Assembly: GCF_018350175.1 (NCBI RefSeq)
Contig: NC_058368.1
Span: 83,082,001 to 83,146,000, forward strand
Reading direction: 5' to 3'
Length of the DNA: 64,000 nt
Source of the DNA: Felis catus
Taxonomy: Eukaryota
Shown here one piece after another: positions 36,801 to 48,400 of this stretch. Below the pieces are notes generated by a model. That model saw only the letters and a program-made list of their open reading frames with translations. It made no database searches and was not told where the DNA came from. The first letter of the stretch is position 1. Every line of letters begins with the position of its first letter. The position numbers and the translations under genes were made by a program.

Positions 36801-39709
36801 ACCTCTAGACAGGCCTCTCAAAAGGAAAAGGGAGATGACCCAAATAGATAAAATCATGAATGAAAATGGAATGATTACAACCAATCCCTCAGAAATACAA
36901 GCAATTATCAGGGAATACTATGAAAAATTATATGCCAACAAACTGGACAACCTGGAAGAAATGGACAAATTCCTAAGCACCCACACACTTCCAAAACTGA
37001 AATAGGAAGAAATAGAAAGCTTGAACAGACCCATAACCAGTGAAGAAATTGAAGCAGTTATCAAAAATCTCCCAACAAATAAGAGTCCAGGACCAGATAG
37101 CTTCCCAGGGGAATTCTACTAGACATTTAAAGCAAAGAAAATACCTATCCTTTTCAAGCTCTTCCAAAAAATAGAAGGGGAAGGAAAACTTCCAGACTCA
37201 TTCTATGAAGCCAGCTTTACTTTCATTCCCCAACCAGACAGAGACCCAGCAAAAAAAAAGAGAACTACAGGCCAATATCCCTGATGAATATCCATGCAAA
37301 AATTCTCAATAAGATGCTAGCAATTCGAATTCAACAGAATAGGAAACAAATATTCACCACGATCAAGTGGGATTCATTCCTGGGCTGCAGGTCTGATTCA
37401 ACATTTGCAAATCAATCAACATGATACATCACATTAATAAAAGACAAGATAAGAACCATATGATCTTGTCAATTGTTGCAGGAAAAACCTTTGACAAAAT
37501 TCAGCATCCTTCCTTAATAAAAACCCTCGAGAAAGTCGGGATAAAAGGAACATATTTAAGCATTATAAAAGCCATTTATGGAAAGCCCACAGCTAATATT
37601 ATCCTCAATGGGGAAAAACTGAGAGCTTTGCCCCTGAGATCAGGAACACGACATGGATGTCCACTCTCACTGCTGTTGTTTAACATAGTGTTGGAAGTTC
37701 TAGCATCAACAATCAGACAACAAAAGGAAATCAAAGGCATCCCAATTGGTAAAGATGAATTTAAGATTTCACTTTTTGCAGATGACATAGAAAACCCTAC
37801 AGACTCCACCAAAAGTCTGCTAGAGCTGATGCATGAATTCAGCAAGTCGCAGGATACAAAATCAAATACAGAAATCAGTTCCATTCATATACACTAATAC
37901 TGAAGCAACAGAAAGACAAATAAAGAAACCAATTCCATCACAATTGAACCAAGAAGCATAAAATACCTAGGAATAAACCTAACTAAAATGTAAAAGATCT
38001 GTATGCTGAAAACTATAGAAAGCTTAGGAAGGAAATGGAAGAAGACATAAAGAAATGGAAAAACATTCCGTGCTTATGGATTGGAAGAATAAATGTTAAA
38101 ATGTCAATACTTCCCCAAACTATCTATACATTCAATGCAATCCCAATCAAAATTGTACCAACATTCTTCTCCAAGGTAGAACAAGCAATCCTAATATTTG
38201 TATGGAACCACAAAAGGCCCTGAATAGCCAAAGTAATTTTGAAGAAGAAGACTAAAGCAGGAGGCATCACAATCCCAGACTTTAGCCTCTACTACAAAGC
38301 TGTAATCATCAAGACAGCATCGTATTGGCACAAAAACAGACACACAGACCAATGGAATAGAATAGAAACCCCAGAACTAGACCCACAAAAGTATGGCCAA
38401 CTCATCTTTTACAAAGCTGGAAAAAATATCCAATGGAAATAAAGACAGCCCTTTAACAAATGGTGCTGGTAGAACTGGACAGCAACATGAAGAAGGATGA
38501 AACTAGACCACTTTCTTACACCATTCACAAAAATAAACTCAAAATGGATAAAGGACCTGAATGTGTGACAGGAAACCATCAAAACCCTAGAGGAGAAAGC
38601 AGGGAAAAACCTCTCTGACCTCAGCCGCAGCAATTTCTTACTTGACACATTCCCCAAAGGCAAAGGAATTAAAAGCATAAATGAACTATTGGGACTTCAT
38701 GAAGATAAAAAGCGTCTGCACAACAAAGGAAACAATCAGCAAAACTGAAAGGCAACCAACGGAATGGGAAAAGATATTTGCAAATGACATATTGGACAAA
38801 GGGTTAGTATCCGAAATCTATAAAGAGCTCACCAAACTCCACACCCGAAAAACAAATAATCCAGTGAAGAAATGGATAGAAAACATGAATAGACACTTCT
38901 CTAAAGAAGACATCCAAATGGCCAACAAGCACATGAAAAGATGCTCAACGTCGCTCCTCATCAGGGAATTACAAATCAAAACCACACTCAGATATTACCT
39001 CACGCTGGTCAGAGTGCCTAAAATGAAGAAAACAGGAGACTATAGATGCTGGAGAGGATTTGGTGAAATGGGAACCCTCTTGCACTGTTGGTGGGAATGC
39101 AAACTGGTGAAGCCAGTCTGGTAAACAGTGTGGAGGTTCCTCAAAAAATTAAAAATAGACCTACCCTATGACCCAGCAGTAGCACTGCTAGGAATTTACC
39201 CAAGGGATACAGGAGTACTGATGCCTAGGGGCACTTGTACCCCAATGTTTATAGCAGCACTCTCAACAATAGCCAAATTGTGGAAAGAGCCTAAATGTCC
39301 ATCAACTGACAAATGGATAGAGAAATTGTGGTTTATATATTCAATGGAATACTATGTGACAATGAGAAAGAATGAAATATGGCCTTTTGTAGCAACGTGG
39401 ATGGAACTGGAGAGTGTTATGCTAAGTGAAATAAGTCATAAAGAGAAGGACAGATTCCATATGTTTTCACTCCTATGTGGATCCTGAGACACTTAATAGA
39501 AGACCATGCGGGAAGGGAAGGAAAAAAATGGTTAGAGAGGGAGGGAGCCAAAACATAAGAGACTCCTAAAAACTGAGAACAAACTAAGGGTTTATGGGCA
39601 GTGCGAGGGAGGGGTTGCTGGGTGAAGGGTATTGAGGAGGGCACCTGTTTGGATGAGCACTGGGTGTTGTATGGAAACCAATTTGACAATAAGTTTCATA
39701 TTAAAAAAA
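33832..39709 (+). mobile_element. Full-length degenerate felid LINE-1
   Basis: TSD ataaaattcagaaaaga at 33815-33831 and 39710-39726. 5' GGGAAGATGGTGG; ORF1 from ~34757; ORF2 ~35679-39487; 3'UTR and A tail. Confidence 0.96.
35679..39487 (+). pseudogene. L1 ORF2 remnant
   Basis: Fragments 35836-36060, 36093-36509, 37421-37897 ([13 protein letters not shown]), 38681-39124 and 39128-39487. Confidence 0.92.
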
Positions 39710-40009
39710 ATAAAATTCAGAAAAGAATGACGGATATCAAAATTATAATATTGCCTCCCCTGGTGAAATCATGGAACTAGGCCAGTCATCCGTGACTATA
39801 AATTATTAGTTTAAATCTGAAAGGGGGATTTATAAAGAATTGATTAGAGTGACACTAGGTGAGTCCACATATCAAATGTGACATTAATAGAAATGAGAAA
39901 ATTGGAAATTTAGGATGGGCTTTCTTAGGAATTTTTCAGCATCACATTTGAAGTACTTTTGACACTACACTTGAACCAGAAGTACTCAAGAATGGATGTA
40001 ATTATCAGC

Positions 40010-40098
40010 AGAAAGAAGAAAAGAGAAGAGAAAAGAAAAACCAGAAAAGAAAAGAAAAGAAAAGAGAAAAGAAAAGAAAAGAAAAGAAGGAGAAAAGA
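40010..40098. repeat. (GAAAA)n-like purine repeat
   Basis: Read directly. Confidence 0.9.
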
Positions 40099-40620
40099 AT
40101 CATAAAGGAAGGAAGTATGAAGGTTAAGCCGAATTTAACAACATCCTGAGGAAGCCATCAGCCAAATACACAATATGAGACATATATAGGATGAAATGTC
40201 TCTAAGAAATAAAGAGCATTACCAAACAGTGGGGAGAGTAACCTTTTCCATAGAAGCAGATCCTAAGATGGAGATTTGATGTAAGTTGTTTAACTTACAA
40301 TAGGGACATAAGGAATTGATATGGAGAAGAGAATGAAGCTAATAAACTGTGCCTTATTAAGTAATCTACCAAAGTGGGCAACTTAATCCTATGGTTTATT
40401 TCTGGGGAAGTGTGTAATCATGCACTCTTTCGAGTCACCTTTGGTGGTGAGACAGGACATAGATCCTCATGCACCAATAACTGGTTGAGAACTTCTTGAT
40501 GTGTGTGCTTATTCCTTTGCTCTTCCAGTCTGGGTACACATGGATAGAGTGGTCTTTTATAAAGGTTTAAAGGATGGGGTTGGAGCTGAATGTGCTGACT
40601 GGAAATTCTTACATAAGAAT

Positions 40621-40622
<2 letters not shown>

Positions 40623-40651
<29 letters not shown>
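40623..40651. repeat. (AC)n microsatellite
   Basis: Read directly. Confidence 0.95.
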
Positions 40652-40909
40652 CATTTAATTGGCATAAGGAATCAGTGCAAAATGTGGGTATTTTTGTGTC
40701 CTGATCAAAATAAACCAATTGGCATTGTTAAAGAGACATACAATTAATAATGTGATCAAGAAATATGGTTATACATGTGATATAGGATTACACTATGAAA
40801 ATTATTTTAATTTTGTAAGCATAATAGATATCACAGAAATGTAAAAAGGGAGAAATTTTAAATTAGAGATATGTAATGAAAAAAAATGGGAGGAAAATCC
40901 TGTTATATA

Positions 40910-41170
40910 GTATAATAGGGATGAATTTTGAAGACCTCATGTTAATCAGATAAGCTAGTCACAAAAACACAAATAGTGTATGCTTCTACTTATGTGAGGT
41001 ATCTAAAGTAGTCAAATTTACAGAAACAGAAAAAGTATAAATATGGTTATCAGGAACTGAGAGGGGGGAAATGTAAGGTTTAATCGATGTAGAGTTTTAG
41101 TTTTGCAGTAAGAAAAAATTCTGGAGCTCTATTTCACAAAAATGTGAATATACTTAACACTATTGACTTT
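40910..41170 (+). mobile_element. Old L1 (L1MA/MB-like) 3'UTR fragment
   Basis: gatgaattttgaagacctcatgtt...ctacttatgtgaggtatctaaagtagtcaaatt...gtgaatatacttaacact. Confidence 0.65.
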
Positions 41171-41398
41171 ATTTTATTTTATTTTTATTTTTTTTAACGT
41201 TTATTTATTTTTGAGACAGAGAGAGACAGAGCATGAACGGGGTAGGGTCAGAGAGAGAGGGAGACACATAATCTGAAACAGGCTCCAGGCTCTGAGCGGT
41301 CAGCACAGAGCCCAATGTGGGGCTCGAACTCACGGACCGCGAGATCATGACCTGAGCTGAAGTCAGACGCTTAGCCAACTGAACCACCCAGGTGCCCC
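41171..41398 (-). mobile_element. Can-SINE
   Basis: TSD aacactattgacttt at 41156-41170 and 41399-41413. Confidence 0.96.
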
Positions 41399-43549
41399 AA
41401 CACTATTGACTTTAAAAACACTTTGCATGTCCACTCTGTCCTCTTCTTTGTAAAATTACAATTGTTACCTTCCAATGTAAAGTTTGATTTATTTACTTAT
41501 TCAATTTAAAGCCTAATTTCCTCCCATTCGACAACAGAACTTAAAGTTTCATTATACCATACGGGTTTTTTTCTATTTTATTTCTGGTTTATTTACAGTT
41601 TCTTAAATAGTGCATAGCAAATATTAGGTGCTCAATAAAAGTTTTTTGAATGGGGGTATGGCCATCAAGTGTGTACAATGTAAAATATGTGCAGTCATTC
41701 TGCACTGGAAAGACTTGTCATTCCTCTAATCTAAACCCCATCCACATTGTGCCATCCTACACAGGCTAACTTTATGGAGTCCATGGTCAGATGCATGCTT
41801 CCTAGTTTGAATACCCATATTACTGTCTCATTTCTGTATAGCAATGCTTCTAGATAAATATGTTGAGACATTAGTTATTTGTCCATTTTGTAGCTGAGGA
41901 AGTTTTTCTGATTTTTGCCACAGAGCTCTTTCTAGATCCCCAAATTCCAGTAACATCTATGTTTTTCTCTTACAAACCTTTTGAATGATGAGATAACCAA
42001 GGATTCATATATTTTTTACTACAGTTAATAGTGAAAAACTGTATTAGTGTGTATTAGTGTTTTCAGGTGTGCAATGTCAGTGTCCATACATGTAATTTAA
42101 CTGGACCAAACTCATTTAATTTAAAGACACAATGTTCTGCCGAGTTCCTCCTGGGATTCTGGTGATCTGCAGAAATTTAGGATCTCAATCCCAAAAGACT
42201 TGCTCAGAATGACATAGTAATTGTTACATATTTATATGAACATGAATCTGATAACCCTCATTTGACAACAAAATTCCTCCTGAAGTTTTTAAATGAAAGA
42301 ACACTCATGTTTTTGTGAGCACTTTGAAAAATAGGTTCAGCTACATTTGATTAACCTGTTGTGAGAAATTATCATAAAAGGAATTGCTCTTCTCTAAGGT
42401 AGAAACATAGTGAGTTGCTTTATTATTATTATTATTATTCACCTTCATGCTTCACACTCATTCTTTTGCACTTCCCCCTTATCTTATTTGAATGAATTAG
42501 AGCTGAAAACAAAATTGTCTGTAGGTGGTAACAAAACCTATCTATCTAGTTTAGCATTTCAGTGAAAAGTCATTCAAACTAATTATAGAACTGAATACAT
42601 ATAAAAGTAAACACAAACTAAATATAAATACTTTAAATTAATAATTTAAATTTAAAAACCTAAATATAAACCTGAATAGTTCATGTAATGTAAAGAAAAA
42701 GCTCAGCTTGTTGTCTCAATTCAGAAAAAATCAGTAAATCAATGAGCTACATTTATCACTATTCCTATCACTTCAAAGACCATGGAAATTTAAATGGGTT
42801 AAAGTGTCAAAAAAAGCAGTGTGCTTTGTAATAGCTATCTATCGAAAATGAAAATATAACAACAATTTTTGTTGAGTCTTTTGAAATCATTGAGGAACTT
42901 AATGAAAGAGGGAGTGAATAAGACTATGACTGCCTTGAAATGTAATTACTTAAGAGAAAGAAAAGAATGCATATAATATAAAGTATATAAATTAGAATAA
43001 TATATCAAGGGAAAATTTAAAATATGCTACATTGCATGAATATCACCATTATTAAAATACCATGCTTAAAAACGGACTATAATCTTGTAGTCACTATTGA
43101 GTTCCTTTTGCCCAATCATGAACTGAAGAATTTTATGGTTTCAGTCATTAAGGTCTGCAATGACTGAGTAAATAAGCAAATATATAACTAAATAGATAAT
43201 TTCAAAGTAATTTAATTAAAACAATAATCAATGGATTAAGTTCTACAGGATAGAAAAATGCATCCTTCACATTGCTACACAAAAGATTATATATTATTTA
43301 TTTCCTCTTTTATAAATAAGAAATTTTTATTTATATATTTATATAAATATATAAATGTATTATATATTATTTATTTAAGGTGGAAGAAGTAGTTAAACCA
43401 ATTATTTTGATTTTTTCTTATTAAATTGTTACATAAGGGGATATTTGACAACCTAGACAGTTTAAGTTACAGTTGGTAAATTCAGGGAATGGATTGTTTA
43501 AATATAAATTTGATGGCTGTGTTAATCTGAGTTAAGAATTGTAACTTGT

Positions 43550-43938
43550 TAAAAACTGAGAACAGGGGCGCCTGGGTGGCGCAGTCGGTTAAGCGTCCGA
43601 CTTCAGCCAGGTCACGATCTCGCGGTCCGTGAGTTCGAGCCCCGCGTCGGGCTCTGGGCTGATGGCTCAGAGCCTGGAGCCTGTTTCCGATTCTGTGTCT
43701 CCCTCTCTCTCTGCCCCTCCCCCGTTCATGCTCTGTCTCTCTCTGTCCCAAAAATAAATAAATGTTGAAAAAAAAAAAATAAAAAAAAAAACAAAAAAAA
43801 AACTGAGAACAAACTGAGGGTTGATGGGGGGTGGGAGGGAGGAGAGGGTGGGTGATGGGTATTGAGGAGGGCACCTTTTGGGATGAGCACTGGGTGTTGT
43901 ATGGAAACCAATTTGTCAATAAATTCCATAAAAAAAAA
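43550..43938 (+). mobile_element. Very short young L1 3' end interrupted by a SINE
   Basis: TSD aagaatt(g/a)taacttgt at 43534-43549 and 43939-43954; body matches ~14836-14980. Confidence 0.92.
43565..43797 (+). mobile_element. Young felid Can-SINE nested in the L1 fragment
   Basis: GGGGCGCCTGGGTGGCGCAGTCGGTTAAGCG...; TSD aaaaactgagaaca at 43551-43564 and 43798-43811. Confidence 0.97.
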
Positions 43939-44084
43939 AAGAATTATAACTTGTAAGGGAACACCTACCCATATCACATGACAAATGAGTTGAAGAATTT
44001 TTTAAAACATCTATCATTTTATAATTGTATACTAGTTTGGGAAATGTTTCTATACAGTAGAATTCTAAAAAATGAATGTAACTG

Positions 44085-44320
44085 TAGCCTTTGCAATGAC
44101 ATGGAAGGGGCTAAAGGATATTACGCTAAGTTATAAGTCAGTCAGAGAAAGACAAATACCATATGATTTTACTCATATGTGGAAATTAAGAAATAAAACA
44201 ATTAAGAATAAAACAAATGAGCAGAGGTATGTTGGATGTAACTGTTGAATCACTATATTGTAGTCCAGAAACTAATATTACACTGTATGTTAACTAACTA
44301 GAATCTGGGTAAAAAATATA
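44085..44320 (+). mobile_element. L1 3'UTR fragments
   Basis: gtcagtcagagaaagacaaataccatatgattttactc...ccagaaactaatattacactgtatgttaactaact. Confidence 0.7.
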
Positions 44321-45431
44321 TATAATTTTAAAACACATATTATGATTTATGGCTTAAATAATTAAGGATAATTTATAGAAATAATAAGTGATTTAGATAG
44401 GAGACAAACCAGATTATTTTAATCCAAAACTGTCTGCTCTTAGAAGTATGTTACTTTGCCACATAGAAATTCACTTTTTTGTGGCATTTTTAGAAAGTCA
44501 TATTTAAACAAGATTTTGTTTCATAAGTAAGAAATTGATTTTTTAAGTATTTAATTACTTCAACTTGAGGCAGCCTGATGTTTTTGTTAATTTTAATTTA
44601 TCTATGAAGATATCAGGTACTGTTATTTTTGAAAGCAGATGTCCATTTTTAGAACCCTCAAATATCTAAATATAAAAGAAGACAAATATGTACAATATTC
44701 ATCTTTATAGGTTGAGTGATTTCATTTGAAAATAAGTGATCATGTAGGTATTTTAAAGAAGTTATGAAAAAACAGTTGGCTTACTGGTGGTGAATGACTC
44801 AGAAAAACTGTGATGTGTCTTACTTGTGATACAAATGCTTTTAATATCCAGATTTTGACTAAAAAGCAATGGTGTTCAAGAAAAAATATATACATTGTTT
44901 TGATTTGTTATTAAGGAATGATTGGTAAAATATAAAATTATAATTTAATAAAAATAGAAACAAATGTTTATATATTTTCAAATTACATTTTAATAAAATA
45001 TAAATTTAATTCTGTATAAACTCTTAGATTTTCGTCACTAATCATGAGTTGCATACACTCAAGTGTGGCTTCACTCTTAATCTTTCCATTAGGACAATTC
45101 TTAATAGTAAATTTTTAGCTTCTAACACAATGAAACGAAGGTTAAATTCCCAAAGTGCTGTAGTCTATTAACAGAGCAATGAAAATGATTATATTATTAC
45201 AGTGATAAAAATGGTGGCTTTATTAAGGGAATATTCCATTTAAAACTTACAAAGCTCTCAGAATTCTAACACTCTCAAGTATGCTAATTTTATGACAAAA
45301 GGGATTTCTTTTGTCATTTTCTAAAACAATTATATACAAACATTTTCAGATAAACCAATTCAGACTTTTAAAAACCTTGAGAAAATCTGTAAAAGAATGA
45401 AATTTTAGCCAAAAATCAATACTTAAAAAAA

Positions 45432-48400
45432 CTATTTTTAATTTTTTGAGGAACCTCCACACTGTTTTCCAGAGTGGCTGCACCAGGTTGCATTCCCACC
45501 AACAGTGCAAGAGGGTTCCCGTTTCTCCACATCCTCGCCAGCATCTATACTCTCTTGATTTGTTCATTTTAGCCACTCTGACTGGTTGTATCTGAGTGTA
45601 GTTTTGATTTGTATTTCCCTGATGAGGGGTGACATTGAGCATCTTTTCATGGAACTGTTGGCCATCTGGATGTCTTCTTTAGAGAAGTGTCTATTCATGT
45701 CTTCTGCCCATTTCTTCACTGGAGTTCGGTGAGTTCTTTATAGATTTTGAATACTAGTCCTTTGTCCGATGTTATTTGCAAATATATTTTCCCATTCCAT
45801 TGGTTGCCTTTTAGTTTTGTTGATTGTTTCCCTTGCAGTGCAGAAGCTTTTTATCTTCATGAGGTCCCAATAGTTCATTTTTGCTTTTAATTCCCTTGTC
45901 TTTGGAGATGTGTCAGGTAAGAAATTGCTGCGGCTGAGGTCAGAGAGATTTTTTCCTGTTTCTCCTCTAGGGTTTTGATGGTTTCCTGTCTAACATTCAG
46001 GTCCTTCATCCATTTTGAGTTTATTTTTGTGAATGGGTAAGAAAGTGGTCTAGTTTCATTCTTGTGCATGTTGCTGTCCAGTTCTCCCAGCACCATTTGT
46101 TAAAGAGGCTGTCTTTTTTCCATTGGATATTCTTTCCTGCTTTGTCAAAGATTAGTTGGCCATACTTTTGTGGGTCCAATTCTGGAGTCTCTATTCAATT
46201 CCATTGGTCTGTGTGTCTGTTTTTGTGCCAATACGATGCTGTCTTGATGATTACAGCTTTGTAGTAGAGGCTAAAGTCTGGAAATGTGATGGTTCTGCTT
46301 TGGTTGCCTTTTTCAATATTACTTTGAATATTTGGTGTCTTTTGTGGTTCCATAGAAATTTTAGGATTGCTTGTTCTAGCTTCAAGAAGAATGATGGTGC
46401 AATTTTGATTGGGGTTGCATTGAATGTGTAGATAGCTTTGGGTAGTATTGACATTTTGGCAATATTTATTCTTCCAACCCATGAGCATGGAATGTTTTTC
46501 CATTTCTTTATGTCTTCTTCAATTTCCTTCCTAAGCTTTCTATAGTTTTCAGCATACAGATCTTTTATGTCTTTAGTTAGGTTTATTCCTAGGTATTTTA
46601 TGCTTCTTGGTGCAATTGTAAATGGGATCAGTTTCTTTATTTGTCTTTCTGTTGCTTCATTATTAGTGTATAAGAATGGAACTGATTTCTGTATTTGATT
46701 TTGTATCCTGCAACTTTCCTGTATTCAGCTATCAGTTCTAGCAGACTTTTGGTGGAGTCTATCAAGTTTTCCATGTATAATGTCATGTCATCTGCAAAAA
46801 GTGAAAGCTTAACTTCATCTTTATCAATTTGGATGCCTTTGATTTCCTTTTGTTGTCTGATTGCTGATGCTAGGACTTCCAACACTATGTTTACAACAGC
46901 GGTGAGAGTGGGCATCCCTGTCGTGTTCTTGATCTCAGGGGAAAAGCTCTCAGTTTTTCCCCTTTGAGGATGATATTAGCTGTGGTCTTTTCATAAATGG
47001 CTTTTATAATGCTTAAATATGTTCCTTCTATTCTGACTTTCTCGAGGGTTTTTAATAAGAAAGGATGTTGAATTTTGCCAAATGCTTTTCTGCATTGAAT
47101 GACAGGATCATATGGTTCTTATATTTCCTTTTATCAATATGATTTATCACACTGATTGATTTGGGAGTCTTGAACCAGCTCTGCAGCCTAAGAATAAATC
47201 CCATTTGATCATGGTGAATAATTCCTTTTATATGCTGTTGAATTTGAATTGCTAGTATCTTGTTGAGAATTTTTGCATGGATATTCATCAGGGATATTGG
47301 CCTGTAGTTCTCTTTTTTTTTGCTGGGTCTCTGTCTGGTTGGGGAATGAAAGTAAAGCTGGCTTCACAGAATGAGTCTGGAAGTTTTCCTTCCCTTTCTA
47401 TTTTTTGGAAGAGCTTGAAAAGGATAGGTATTTTCTCTGCTTTAAATGTCTGGTAGAATTCCCCTGGGAAGCTATCTGGTCCTGGACTCTTATTTGTTGG
47501 GAGATTTTTGATAACTGCTTCAATTTCTTCACTGGTTATGGGTCTGTTCAAGCTTTCTATTTCTTCCTATTTCAGTTTTGGAAGTGTGTGGGTGCTTAGG
47601 AATTTGTCCATTTCTTCTAGGTTGTCCAGTTTGTTGGCATATAATTTTTCATAGTATTCGCTGATAATTGCTTGTATTTCTGAGGGATTGGTTATAATCA
47701 TTCCATTTTCATTCATGATTTTATCTATTTGGGTCATCTCCCTTTTCCTTTTGAGAAGCCTGGCTAGAGGTTTATCAATTTTTTTTATTTTTTCAAAAAA
47801 ACAGCTCTTGGTTTCATTGATCTGCTCTATAGTTTTTTTAGATTCTATATTGTTTGTTTCTTCTCTGATCTTTACTCTTTCTCTTCTGCTGCTGGGTTTG
47901 GGGTATCTTTGCTGTTTGGCTTCTAGTTCCTGTAGGTATGCTTTTAGATTTTGTATTTGGGATTTTTCTTGTTTCTTGAGATAGGCCTGGATTGCAATGT
48001 ATTTTCCTCTCAGGACTGCCTCCGCTGCATCCCAAATCATTTGGATTGTTGTACTTTCATTTTCATTTGTTTCCATATATTTTTTTAATTTCTTTTCTCA
48101 TTGCCTTGTTGACCCATTAATTCTTTAATAGCGTGTTCTTTAACCTCCATGCTTTTAGTGGTTTTCCAGACTTTTTCCTGTGGTTGATTTCAAGTTTCAT
48201 AGCATTGTGGTCTGAAAGTGTGCATGGTATGATCTATATTATTTTATACTTATGAAGGGCTGTTTTGTGACCCAGTATGTTATCTATCATGGAGAATGTT
48301 CCATGTCCACTCAAGAAGAAAGTATATTCTGTTGCTTTGGGGTGCGGAGTTCTAAATATATCTGTCAAGTCCATCTGATCCAATGTATCATTCAGGGCCC

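Noticed and set aside
43565..43650. tRNA-like A/B boxes
   Set aside because: This is the tRNA-derived head of a Can-SINE, not a tRNA gene; the same applies to all SINEs here.
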